Shown: in pieces, positions 46,806 to 55,726 of the stretch
Layout of the letters: each line of letters starts with the position of its first letter
Numbering within the stretch: the stretch's first letter is position 1
Source of the DNA: an uncultured virus (IMG/VR IMGVR_UViG_3300025038_000006)
Lineage: Duplodnaviria; Heunggongvirae; Uroviricota; Caudoviricetes
Virus record (IMG/VR): IMGVR_UViG_3300025038_000006
Direction: 5' to 3' (one strand)
DNA length: 64,000 nucleotides
Notes under the pieces: generated by a model
Seen by the model: the letters and a program-made list of their open reading frames with translations, nothing else
What the model was told of the DNA's origin: nothing
The model's database searches: none
Program-made: the position numbers and the translations under genes

Positions 46806-49658
46806 TTAGTCCCAAGCTCTACTCATACCAATACCGCCTGTAATTGCATGTGCCAAATCTCTATCAGACACGTTTTGGCCTATGCTCTCATTATTTGACT
46901 GAACAATGATGGGCTTGTCTAGACCGCCACCTGCCAGCGGCAATCTAAATGAAGGCATATCTGGTATATTAAATACGTTTTTAAGAATAGAAGAACCTAA
47001 ATCAAGGCTTAATGATTGCTTGGCTGACTCGTATTTAGGTAGGCTGGCCGGTTGATAGGCTGGCGTTTTACCTGCAATAAAATTGTTAGCTAAGCCACCA
47101 ACGTTAACACCTAACACACTGTTAGTTGTTTTGGTTTTCTGCTGAACCGATTGAACCGCTGTATTATTGTAGATACCCTCTGCAATTTTCGCACGCTCTC
47201 TCTTTTCAGCCTCAACTGCACCTGGTCGCTCGTAGTGCTCTGACATAATAGCCCCGGACTGGCCTGCTGTTTTGGCTTGTTTTAGCTTATTACCAGCCGC
47301 CTTCTCTTTACCCTTCGTTAGCTCATACTGAATAAAAGCTAACTGCTCTTCGAACGACGCTTGCTGTACTGACTTACCCATAGTGCTACGGAAGTCTGCA
47401 AGCCTGCTATCTCGCCATTGAGCTAAGCCATGTGCCCTATATACACCGTTTTTATCTTTATCCCCTTGAGCTCTAGGGTCGAACATACTTTCTTTTTGAA
47501 TGTTGCCTACAATGCCGGCGGCTTGTTCTTTGGTCCACCCTTGAGACATAAAGTATTGCATAGCCTCGTCACGCTTGGCTTTTTGCTCCTGTGTTGTTAG
47601 TCTGCTTGAGCTAATATCAGTAATGCTACCTGTTGGTAGTGTCCCATCTGGTATCATACGTGCAATAGTGGGCTTAATCTTGCCTGACTTAATTTCTTCG
47701 TAGTAGTCTTTGTTAGGCGCTGCGGTATTGCCGTATTTTTCGCCTTGCTTGTAGTCTGAAACCCACCCTTCTTTTGTATATACCGCAACGTGACCGTAAT
47801 TATGCTTAGACTTACTGTTTGAAGGCATGCTCATAACATCGCCAACTTGAGGGGTATAACCCTCACTGTATGCCACCTCTTGAAACTTGCCTTTGTTAAG
47901 GTTGATTAGGTTTTTCGCCGCGTCAACCCCGTTACCCGATGCCTGTAAACCTTGAGCACGAAAAGCATCATTCACGTACTTAGCGCAAGCGCCAAGCGAT
48001 ACATATGCCGCATTTTTAATCGCATAATCACTGGCATTTGCTGCCGCTTGAGTTGGTGCGCCACTGCCACTATCGCCACTGAAAAAGCTACTAACGCCAT
48101 CACCCATTCTTGATAGCCACGACTTCATGCCGCCGGCCGCTTCACTTAGTTTAGAAAGGACCGGTGCTAATCCGGTCTCCCACTTAGTTTGCATTTTTTG
48201 AGGTAAGTTGTAAGCCTTAATACTATCGGTCCATGACTTAATATGTGGTGAAGCTGTACGGCCTAAAACCTCGCCGCCCTCGCTACCTATCCAGCCACCC
48301 ACGGCCGCCCCAATAGCGGTACCCACCACTGGGACTGGTATTAGTACTGAGCCGATTGCACCACCGGCCATAGCCCCAGCGCCTCCACCAGCTATGCTAC
48401 CAATACCCGCTGTTCTTTCTTCATTGTCGAGCTCGTCCCATCGACTTGCCAGGCTGCCTGCTCCAATAGCTGTGGCCAGAGGGGTTAGCACCCTAGTTTT
48501 ACCAAGTGCTTTAGCGGCATTACCAATATGTTTACCGCCAGACTTGCCAGCACCTAAGATAGCGGCCCCAGCTCCAGACAAGATGGCCTTAACGCCTTTA
48601 CCTTTACCCTTGCTCTTATCCTTGCCCCTGCCTTTGCCTTTTCCGCCGCCTCCCAAAAGACCTAAGCCACGCCCTAATTTACCTAATAGTGAGCCCTCAC
48701 CACTCGGCATCCTCTTTAGGATCTCACCTAGCGTTTCCTCGTTCTGCTTATTGTGTCTTGCCTGTTCTTTTGGCAATGGCTCTTTACGCTTCAAGCTTTT
48801 GTATTTAGAGAATGAGAACCTGCCGGCCCTTAAAGCTGCCTTGCCAGCCATTCCACCCATTTTTCCAGCTTGTGTAGCCATATTAAATAGCGGGCTTGCT
48901 ACGTCTTTAACCTCATTCATTGACGCAATTAGCGGATCAATATCTTGAGTACTGCCATAACTACCATAACTTGTGCGGCCACTCTTGGCTATCTTAGACA
49001 ATGAGTCAAACAGCGACTTCTCTTTGGCTGTAAAACGGCCTAGCTCGTCACGTTCACTGTCATTTTTCTTTTTCTCACGTCCGTTTTTGCCAATAGGATT
49101 GTTTGCCTTACGTATTGCACCAGTTGCAATAGGTACGATGCCAGCTACGTCATTAGTAGTATCTAAACCTTCCCTGCCTCTATCAGCCGTTGATCTATTA
49201 ACATCATTTGAGCCGCTATCGCGTTGGATATCAGCCCTATTTGTAGCTGATCCTGACTTGACGGTAGCATTTGAGGTGACATTGCTAAGAGCACCACCGT
49301 CCTTGCTACCCGCTGCCTTTTTCTCGCTTTTTACTGTCTGACTTGCACTCCTTAATTCCTGCTTATGTTGCTGCTTTGACTGTTCCTGGCCTTGCATACC
49401 TGGCTGGCTCGCATTATTTCTATCTACGTTATTAGGGTCATAAGTTGGCACAACGCCCTGAATACGCATAGACTTTTTGTTGGCTATACGCTCATTAGAC
49501 TTGGCTATACGGTTTAATACCGTTTGGTTAATCTGATTTTGTGATTTGAGTATCTCAATGATTTCTTGAGTATCTTCACCAATGGATTTAATGCCGCTTT
49601 CTAACCGCTTGGTACCAACGATGAAGCCTTGGTCGTCATAATTAAGATAAGTTGCCAT
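46806..49658 (-). CDS. Tape-measure-like protein with CHAP/NlpC-type and phage tail lysozyme domains
   Basis: Gly/Ala-rich hydrophobic segment; CAKYV...GNG...GDV...YGHVAVY...WVSD; QAAGIVGNIQKES...GLAQW. Confidence 0.8.
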   Translation of the reverse strand: MATYLNYDDQGFIVGTKRLESGIKSIGEDTQEIIEILKSQNQINQTVLNRIAKSNERIANKKSMRIQGVVPTYDPNNVDRNNASQPGMQGQEQSKQQHKQELRSASQTVKSEKKAAGSKDGGALSNVTSNATVKSGSATNRADIQRDSGSNDVNRSTADRGREGLDTTNDVAGIVPIATGAIRKANNPIGKNGREKKKNDSERDELGRFTAKEKSLFDSLSKIAKSGRTSYGSYGSTQDIDPLIASMNEVKDVASPLFNMATQAGKMGGMAGKAALRAGRFSFSKYKSLKRKEPLPKEQARHNKQNEETLGEILKRMPSGEGSLLGKLGRGLGLLGGGGKGKGRGKDKSKGKGKGVKAILSGAGAAILGAGKSGGKHIGNAAKALGKTRVLTPLATAIGAGSLASRWDELDNEERTAGIGSIAGGGAGAMAGGAIGSVLIPVPVVGTAIGAAVGGWIGSEGGEVLGRTASPHIKSWTDSIKAYNLPQKMQTKWETGLAPVLSKLSEAAGGMKSWLSRMGDGVSSFFSGDSGSGAPTQAAANASDYAIKNAAYVSLGACAKYVNDAFRAQGLQASGNGVDAAKNLINLNKGKFQEVAYSEGYTPQVGDVMSMPSNSKSKHNYGHVAVYTKEGWVSDYKQGEKYGNTAAPNKDYYEEIKSGKIKPTIARMIPDGTLPTGSITDISSSRLTTQEQKAKRDEAMQYFMSQGWTKEQAAGIVGNIQKESMFDPRAQGDKDKNGVYRAHGLAQWRDSRLADFRSTMGKSVQQASFEEQLAFIQYELTKGKEKAAGNKLKQAKTAGQSGAIMSEHYERPGAVEAEKRERAKIAEGIYNNTAVQSVQQKTKTTNSVLGVNVGGLANNFIAGKTPAYQPASLPKYESAKQSLSLDLGSSILKNVFNIPDMPSFRLPLAGGGLDKPIIVQSNNESIGQNVSDRDLAHAITGGIGMSRAWD

Positions 49659-49690
49659 GATAAAGCCTTAATACTGTACGTGTGGCTTGA

Positions 49691-49729
49691 ATTATGGCAT
49701 TACTAGCGGGTTGTGACTTTGAGTGTTCC
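49691..49729 (-). promoter_or_regulatory. Late promoter cassette 9: GGAACAC-N26-CATAAT
   Basis: GTGTTCC 49723-49729; ATTATG 49691-49696; short AAGCC/GGCTT repeat. Confidence 0.75.
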
Positions 49730-49739
49730 TAGGGGCATG

Positions 49740-49769
49740 AAAAAGCCCAACCGAAAGATTGAGGCTTTT
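49740..49769. terminator. Possible bidirectional terminator at the island boundary
   Basis: AAAAGCC(C)AA/TTGAGGCTTTT imperfect stem. Confidence 0.45.
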
Positions 49770-49884
49770 GAATTTGACAGGCATAATTAAGCTAAAGATA
49801 GCGGCCTATACCATGTCAAGGTAACGCTCTAATTAATCAATGCTCAAATCTTAAATTCGACCACACTCCAAAGGAGGATATACT

Positions 49885-50763
49885 ATGCAAAAATCTGTCT
49901 TATCTGAGACTGTAAAAAATAAGAATATCGTTATTACTGGAGGTTCTAGTGGTATTGGTGAGAGTACTGCCTATTTACTCGCTCAAGCAGGCGCACATGT
50001 AATTTTAATTGCTCGAACCCTCAATGACCTAGAAAAAGTGCAGTCCAAGATTAATACATTTTCTGGTAAGGCGAGTATTTATAGCTGTGATTTAACCAAC
50101 ATAGAGGCTATTAACAAAACCACAAAACAAATATTGAAAGAACACGGATTTGTGGATATTTTAATAAATAATGCAGGCCGTTCCATTCGGCGCTCAGTTA
50201 GCGAATCTCTAGGGCGTTTTCATGATTTTGAACGCACCATGGATATTAATTATTTTGGTCCAGTAAAGCTCGTATTGGCTTTTCTTCCTAGTATGTTAAA
50301 GAGAAAAAGAGGTCATATCATCAATATATCTTCTATTGGAGTTTTAGCGAATACGCCTCGCTTTTCAGCATACGTAGCTTCAAAAGCAGCCTTGGACGCA
50401 TTTAGTAGGTGTCTAGCAGCTGAAGTTAAGGGTAAAAAAGTTCATTTAACTTCTATCTATATGCCTCTAGTACGGACCCCTATGATCGAACCTACTAAGA
50501 TTTACAAATATATGCCCGCTTTAAGTCCTGAAGAAGCCGCAGATTTAGTTGCTAAGGCGATTATTGAGCAGCCTGTAAGTATCTCCAGTAATATGGGCCG
50601 TTTTGCATCCGCTACTTACGCTTTAGTGCCTAAATTTAACTTAGGCATTCAGTCTTTAGGGTATCGTATTTTTCCAGATTTTAAGGCAGCTAAAAAGAAA
50701 AACGCTAAACCTAACATTTTACAAAGAAGCTTCGCCCGTATATTGCCTGGCGAGCCTCACTAA
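49885..50763 (+). CDS. SDR oxidoreductase, fatty acyl-CoA reductase (Acr1-like)
   Basis: TGGSSGIG, NNAGRSIRR, RFHDFERTM, YVASK and IYMPLVRTPMI motifs; strong AAGGAGG RBS. Confidence 0.88.
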   Translation: MQKSVLSETVKNKNIVITGGSSGIGESTAYLLAQAGAHVILIARTLNDLEKVQSKINTFSGKASIYSCDLTNIEAINKTTKQILKEHGFVDILINNAGRSIRRSVSESLGRFHDFERTMDINYFGPVKLVLAFLPSMLKRKRGHIINISSIGVLANTPRFSAYVASKAALDAFSRCLAAEVKGKKVHLTSIYMPLVRTPMIEPTKIYKYMPALSPEEAADLVAKAIIEQPVSISSNMGRFASATYALVPKFNLGIQSLGYRIFPDFKAAKKKNAKPNILQRSFARILPGEPH

Positions 50764-50772
50764 TTATATGGG

Positions 50773-50814
50773 CATACTCCCAACCCCACAATAGTTAGGC
50801 TGGGTGGGAGTATG
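50773..50814. terminator. Hairpin between convergent genes
   Basis: CATACTCCCA/TGGGAGTATG inverted repeat; no strong U tract. Confidence 0.45.
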
Positions 50815-50875
50815 TCAACATGCTAAACCAAATAAGAGTTATTGATATCTTTTCTCTTATACTCTGAACTTGAGC

Positions 50876-51574
50876 TTAAGCTTGCCCAAATAACATTACG
50901 CCATGTATTAGTGAAGGTCCTAAGAGTACCATAAACAATCCGGCTAAAATCATTGTTAAACTTGCTATAACGCCTTCATCTTCATTGCGCTGACTTGCCC
51001 GGGCGGTACCAAAACCGTGTGATGCATTGCCAAATGCGATCCCATTTGCAAAATGGGAGCGAATACGAAAAAAAGCCAAGATCATATCCCCTAAAATCAT
51101 TCCCACCATCCCTGTAATTAAAGTAAACAATGAAACCAAAGAGGAAGATCCGTGGATTTTTTCAGATAAGTCTAACGCAAATGGTGTCGATATTGAACGG
51201 GCCATCAAGCTATACGTCAAGGTTTCATCAAAGTTGAATAAGCCGGCAAATATATATATGCTTAAGACTCCTACCACCATCCCAACAGTTACAGAAGCGG
51301 CCAAAGCCAAAGCATTCTGACGTATTAAACGACGATACTCATAAATAGGTATAGCAAAAGCAACCGTTGCAGGGACAAGTAACTGCACAATCCAAGCTGT
51401 ATCTTCCCAATATGTATCATAAGAGATATTAAAAAAAATCATTAATGAAAGTGTTACTACTGGAACTGTGATAGCAGGGTTTAGACAAGATTTTCGATGG
51501 CGCACATAAATTACTTTAGCTATATAATAAGCAGCTAATGTCCAAATGAGGCAAAGAATGGACCAGATATTCAT
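50876..51574 (-). CDS. lrgB: LrgB/CidB family membrane protein
   Basis: PATVAFAIPIY, RSISTPFA, HGFGTARA motifs. Confidence 0.92.
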   Translation of the reverse strand: MNIWSILCLIWTLAAYYIAKVIYVRHRKSCLNPAITVPVVTLSLMIFFNISYDTYWEDTAWIVQLLVPATVAFAIPIYEYRRLIRQNALALAASVTVGMVVGVLSIYIFAGLFNFDETLTYSLMARSISTPFALDLSEKIHGSSSLVSLFTLITGMVGMILGDMILAFFRIRSHFANGIAFGNASHGFGTARASQRNEDEGVIASLTMILAGLFMVLLGPSLIHGVMLFGQA

Positions 51575-51583
51575 CGCAAATCC

Positions 51584-52075
51584 TCACACATTATCATCAT
51601 TTTTTAAGTTTAATTGGGCTTTATGAATCTGATGACGATAAAATCTCCGCTGCAAACGGTGCGCCATGATAAAAGTTAATGCTGAGCTTAACATCACCAT
51701 CGCGGTACTCAAGATAATGGTCAGCATTAATTGCCAGCCCTTACTGACAAACAGCGCCTTATATTGAATTATTGACATCATAAGCGGGATAAACATTAAT
51801 ACTAATTCGCCCAAAACAAATTTTGCTCCCAGTCTGACCCAGCTAACCTTAATAGCACCGCTCATTAATAATATCAGCATTAAAAACATTCCCAATACGC
51901 CTGAGGATAAAGGTAGATGCAATAATTCAACTAATATCTCGGCACAATACCAGACAGCTGCGATAATAACGCATTGTATAAGCACATAAAGCCAGGATTG
52001 ACCATAGAACCTTTGAAGTGCCAGTTTTGTTTTAGCTAAAAGACAGGGGGATAGACGAAGATTAAGATTACGCAT
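51584..52075 (-). CDS. lrgA: CidA/LrgA family holin-like protein
   Basis: LPLSSGVLGM...GA..VLGELVLMFIP pattern; upstream of lrgB. Confidence 0.88.
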   Translation of the reverse strand: MRNLNLRLSPCLLAKTKLALQRFYGQSWLYVLIQCVIIAAVWYCAEILVELLHLPLSSGVLGMFLMLILLMSGAIKVSWVRLGAKFVLGELVLMFIPLMMSIIQYKALFVSKGWQLMLTIILSTAMVMLSSALTFIMAHRLQRRFYRHQIHKAQLNLKNDDNV

Positions 52076-52210
52076 AATAGTTGTTGTTTGTTAACTCGAC
52101 ACCCCTTATTATAAAAATACTATAGCCATAAATTATGAATTATATTTTTATTTTTATTCCTAATTTATATAATAAACTTCGTTCTTTCTCCTAAATGTGG
52201 TCTATTATTT

Positions 52211-53098
52211 ATGATAACTTTGAAGCAATTACTCTGCTTTGTGACAGTTGTAAAAACAGGTGGATTTCTTCAAGCGAGTATTCAACTCAATCTAACCCAA
52301 CCCACCGTTACCAAATCTATCAGTAGTCTTGAAGAATATTTAGGTGTAGCTCTATTTGATAAGCCGTTAACTCATAGAAAGCGGCTGGTTAATTTAACGG
52401 AAATTGGCGAGCACCTTTATATTCAAGCAGTTGATATATTACAAAAGGCAGATAATCTTGAACAAACAGTATTAGATTACCAACAATTAAAAGGCGGTAA
52501 GTTGCGTTTGGGGATCTCACCGTTAGGCAGTGAAATATTAAGCGAAGCCATTTTTAACTTCTACCAAATGCATCCTAGTATAGAAATTTCACTTATCGAA
52601 GATGGGGCTGAAGCACTTAAGGATGCCCTCTTACAAGGGCAGCTGGATGTGGCAACATTGATGAAGCCGATTGATGATGATTTTGACTACTTGTCGATAT
52701 GTAGCTATCCAGTAGTGGTCGTTGCAAATAAAAAACGTATGGGGAAACAAAAAACCAAGGTAACACTTAAATCGCTATCAAATGCACCTTTAATCTTATT
52801 TACCTCTAATTCATCATTTACCCCAATGATTATACAAAACTGTCAAGTATTAGGTTTTGAACCTAATATTATTTGCCAAACTAATCAGTGGCACTTACTT
52901 ATTGACATGGTAAAACAAGATATGGGCGTAACTCTTTTACCTCAATATTATACTCAAAAACTGGATTTAACAGAATTAGTCTGCTTACCCCTCACCCAGC
53001 CTCAGTTAAAATGGGAGCTTGTCATGGCTTGGCGTCGTCATCGCTTGCTTACACCGAGTATGCGGGCATGGTTCGATAACATAAGAAAAAATATATAA
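52211..53098 (+). CDS. LysR-family regulator (CidR-like), divergent from lrgAB
   Basis: N-terminal LTQPTVTKSISSLEEYLGVALF helix-turn-helix; LysR substrate-binding domain. Confidence 0.92.
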   Translation: MITLKQLLCFVTVVKTGGFLQASIQLNLTQPTVTKSISSLEEYLGVALFDKPLTHRKRLVNLTEIGEHLYIQAVDILQKADNLEQTVLDYQQLKGGKLRLGISPLGSEILSEAIFNFYQMHPSIEISLIEDGAEALKDALLQGQLDVATLMKPIDDDFDYLSICSYPVVVVANKKRMGKQKTKVTLKSLSNAPLILFTSNSSFTPMIIQNCQVLGFEPNIICQTNQWHLLIDMVKQDMGVTLLPQYYTQKLDLTELVCLPLTQPQLKWELVMAWRRHRLLTPSMRAWFDNIRKNI

Positions 53099-53340
53099 CC
53101 AGGCCATGAAACTAACTTCCTCACCTTCCTTAGATTTACGAGCATATAGCTTGTATAATTTTGATTATCTAAATAATGAGCTTTATATTGATCTGGGACT
53201 GCTAGTTCGAGATCAATTCCCTTTCTGCCAAAGTTGCTAGAAAATTACTTCAATTTTTATAGCGTTTTTTGTTTGCTGCTACCTTTTCATCAATCATATG
53301 AATTTTTGGTTATTGTTTGTAACCCTTTTTTAGGAGTATG

Positions 53341-54231
53341 TCAGTCTTCATCAAATTCTGCATCTTCAATATTCTCAGCATCACCATTACCAAAAAAATC
53401 AGGGTCATGCTCAAGCTGGGTCAGCGACTGCATCCGCTCTTGCAACTGCCTATGCAGTTTTTCACGAGCCGCACGCTCTTCTTCGTCAATACCTGCCAGC
53501 GCTTCAAGCGCCCCTAAACGGCGCTCTTGTTCTGATTGCTTAAAGTCTTCAGCACTAATACCGCACATGGGCATTTCTTGTTCAGCAATCACCTTTTGTG
53601 CCTGGGTTAAATTACCCAATACAAAACTTAGACTTTTTATCACCCCTAACTTCTTAGCAATAGGGTCCTCTTCATCATCATAGAACCTATAATCATCATC
53701 GTCACCAGTACTAACGTGGTCCAACTCAATAGGTGTTGGATTTAATACGTTTTCTGCTACGTCAAGTGATAGCATAGTGATTGCATCTTCTAATGCACCC
53801 AGATTATGCAGCCTATTTCTGTGTTTAATAATGACGCTGGCACGCTGTTCAGTTGAGAGAACGATTTTCTGTTTTGTTTTCTGCGTTTCGTTAATTATCG
53901 TTCTGTAAACCTGATTTTTAGGTTCGTTTTTGACTTTATTGTTTTTATCGTTCTCTTGTTTTTTTAGCGTTCCGTTTCGTTCACTACTTTTTTTGTTCGT
54001 TCTGTGTTTTTGGCTATCTTTTTTAGGCTCTGGTGTAGAGTCTAAGACAGGTAATTTCTTCCAATCATACTTTTTCGCCCTATTGTACACGGCGGATTTA
54101 GAAGCTGGCGCCTTATCCCCGTAAACTTCTTGCAAATGCTCAACGACGTCTTGATAAGAAATATTTGGCTCACTTTCCCATAATGCTTGAGCCGCCTCCC
54201 AAACTTCTTCAGGCACTTTAACTCTTGCCAT
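53341..54231 (-). CDS. Putative terminase small subunit (PacA-like)
   Basis: N-terminal HTH (WEAAQALWE...AVYNRAKKYDW), low-complexity linker, helical C-terminal region. Confidence 0.6.
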   Translation of the reverse strand: MARVKVPEEVWEAAQALWESEPNISYQDVVEHLQEVYGDKAPASKSAVYNRAKKYDWKKLPVLDSTPEPKKDSQKHRTNKKSSERNGTLKKQENDKNNKVKNEPKNQVYRTIINETQKTKQKIVLSTEQRASVIIKHRNRLHNLGALEDAITMLSLDVAENVLNPTPIELDHVSTGDDDDYRFYDDEEDPIAKKLGVIKSLSFVLGNLTQAQKVIAEQEMPMCGISAEDFKQSEQERRLGALEALAGIDEEERAAREKLHRQLQERMQSLTQLEHDPDFFGNGDAENIEDAEFDED

Positions 54232-54920
54232 CAGTTAACCCCTTTAACCATTTCTTCATCGCTATATACAGGTTCCGGCAAAGGTAGACTGTACTGATAG
54301 TCGCAATCAAGATCAGATAGCATGATATGCTTATCTTCTTTGTCTAGTCGCTGCTTTATCTGCATCATTTGCGTCTCAACGGCCATAATTTGCCTCGCTT
54401 GCTTAGATTCAATCTTACGTATTGTTGATATAAGACTTTTAGCGCTTTGAGCGATTTGAGAGTCTTTTTGAACCTCTTGCTCTTTTAGCAGTCTGCATAA
54501 CTGTTTCGCCTCAGCCAATAGCGCTTCTTGATCATTGACGCAAATCGATTTCATATGCTCAGTGATTGTTTCGGCAAACTGTTCTGTTAAATGCTCTACC
54601 ATTGCACGCGATTGAGTCACCACATGATTAACAGTGCTTGCCAGCATATCCATCTCTGGCTCTACCGATAAGCCGCAAATATAATCAAGCGACTGGTTAT
54701 AAAGATTTTGAAATATCAGCAAGTCTGTAAGCGTTAAATCCTTATTGCCGTTCTCAATTTCACTAATACGGTTTCTATTGTTATCCACATTCCACACAAT
54801 GCGCATGACCTCAGCTTGCGTCATGCCAGCATTCTTTCTTGCAGCCGCTAAATTACGACCTACTGTTACTCTAATTTGCCTTAACTGTTTATCCGTAAAC
54901 CCAAGCCGTTTTTTTGCCAC
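54231..54920 (-). CDS. XRE-type HTH protein with helical C-terminus; candidate late-gene regulator
   Basis: NLAAARKNAGMTQAEV...RISEIENG...SLDYICG; GTG start. Confidence 0.75.
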   Translation of the reverse strand: MAKKRLGFTDKQLRQIRVTVGRNLAAARKNAGMTQAEVMRIVWNVDNNRNRISEIENGNKDLTLTDLLIFQNLYNQSLDYICGLSVEPEMDMLASTVNHVVTQSRAMVEHLTEQFAETITEHMKSICVNDQEALLAEAKQLCRLLKEQEVQKDSQIAQSAKSLISTIRKIESKQARQIMAVETQMMQIKQRLDKEDKHIMLSDLDCDYQYSLPLPEPVYSDEEMVKGVN

Positions 54921-55003
54921 ACGCGCGCCCTCATTGCAGTTTTTTCTGTCATTGATATAATCATGTTGCCTAATGGAATAAGGGCTGGAATTGTCATCCT
55001 TTG

Positions 55004-55034
55004 GCGCTCATGTAACCGCATGAGCGCTTTTTTT
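55004..55034 (+). terminator. Intrinsic terminator, antisense to the early operon
   Basis: GCGCTCATG/CATGAGCGC stem followed by T7 on the + strand. Confidence 0.75.
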
Positions 55035-55041
55035 GGCCTGT

Positions 55042-55488
55042 TTATTTGTCGGCCGTTAACTGGCTTATGCCATCAAAGTCACCTAACTTAATGTACTGCT
55101 GAATAACTGATATAACGTTATCAATCCCTTTAGCGACAACCGCGCAATACCCCTCTTTGGCCAACATTTCGATTCGCTCTTTTTGGGCGGGCGTGGCATA
55201 GCTGTTACCATCTTTTTTAATCTCAATGCGTAGACCGTGATAAGCGCCTCTAGCAATATCAATAATCAAATCTGGGTAGCCCGCTTTAACACCCATACGC
55301 TTGAATTTAGCCGCCTCTGGTGAATAGCGCTTACCGCTAGACCCAATTTTAGCGGCTCTCTTGCCGCCGTTTGGCGAATGATGAATATAATCAAACAATG
55401 GCCGGCCTTTAAATTTCTGGCGCTTTGACCAATTCATTACTACCGTTTGTACTTCATCTTCTGATAATCCTATTCGTTTACCCTTCAT
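55042..55488 (-). CDS. VRR-NUC domain nuclease (putative junction resolvase)
   Basis: HSPNGGKR...GVKAGYPDL...LRIEIK...Q motif. Confidence 0.88.
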   Translation of the reverse strand: MKGKRIGLSEDEVQTVVMNWSKRQKFKGRPLFDYIHHSPNGGKRAAKIGSSGKRYSPEAAKFKRMGVKAGYPDLIIDIARGAYHGLRIEIKKDGNSYATPAQKERIEMLAKEGYCAVVAKGIDNVISVIQQYIKLGDFDGISQLTADK

Positions 55489-55501
55489 ACCCTTTTAACC
55501 C

Positions 55502-55714
55502 TTACTTACCCCATAACAAACTGATAAACCATGCTGTAAAAAAAATAACTGGAACGGCTATCAGATACCCTAAAACGCACTTGTGGTACCACTGCACCTG
55601 AAACCTATACACCCGCCTGCCATCACCAAAAACAACACGAGCAATTAAATACGTGCTAAATAGGGAAAGAAAAAGATAGCACCACAACATCATCAAAAAT
55701 AATTTGCTTAACAT
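55502..55714 (-). CDS. Small membrane protein
   Basis: Two hydrophobic helices; in operon. Confidence 0.55.
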   Translation of the reverse strand: MLSKLFLMMLWCYLFLSLFSTYLIARVVFGDGRRVYRFQVQWYHKCVLGYLIAVPVIFFTAWFISLLWGK

Positions 55715-55726
55715 AAAAATCCCTTA

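Noticed and set aside
2789..49729. GGAAC as an ECF-sigma -35 element
   Set aside because: No conserved element at a normal spacer distance; the conserved hexamer is sigma70-like and 26-27 bp away, and no sigma gene is visible
53234..53683. 149-aa + strand ORF
   Set aside because: Mostly antisense to the small terminase gene and not protein-like
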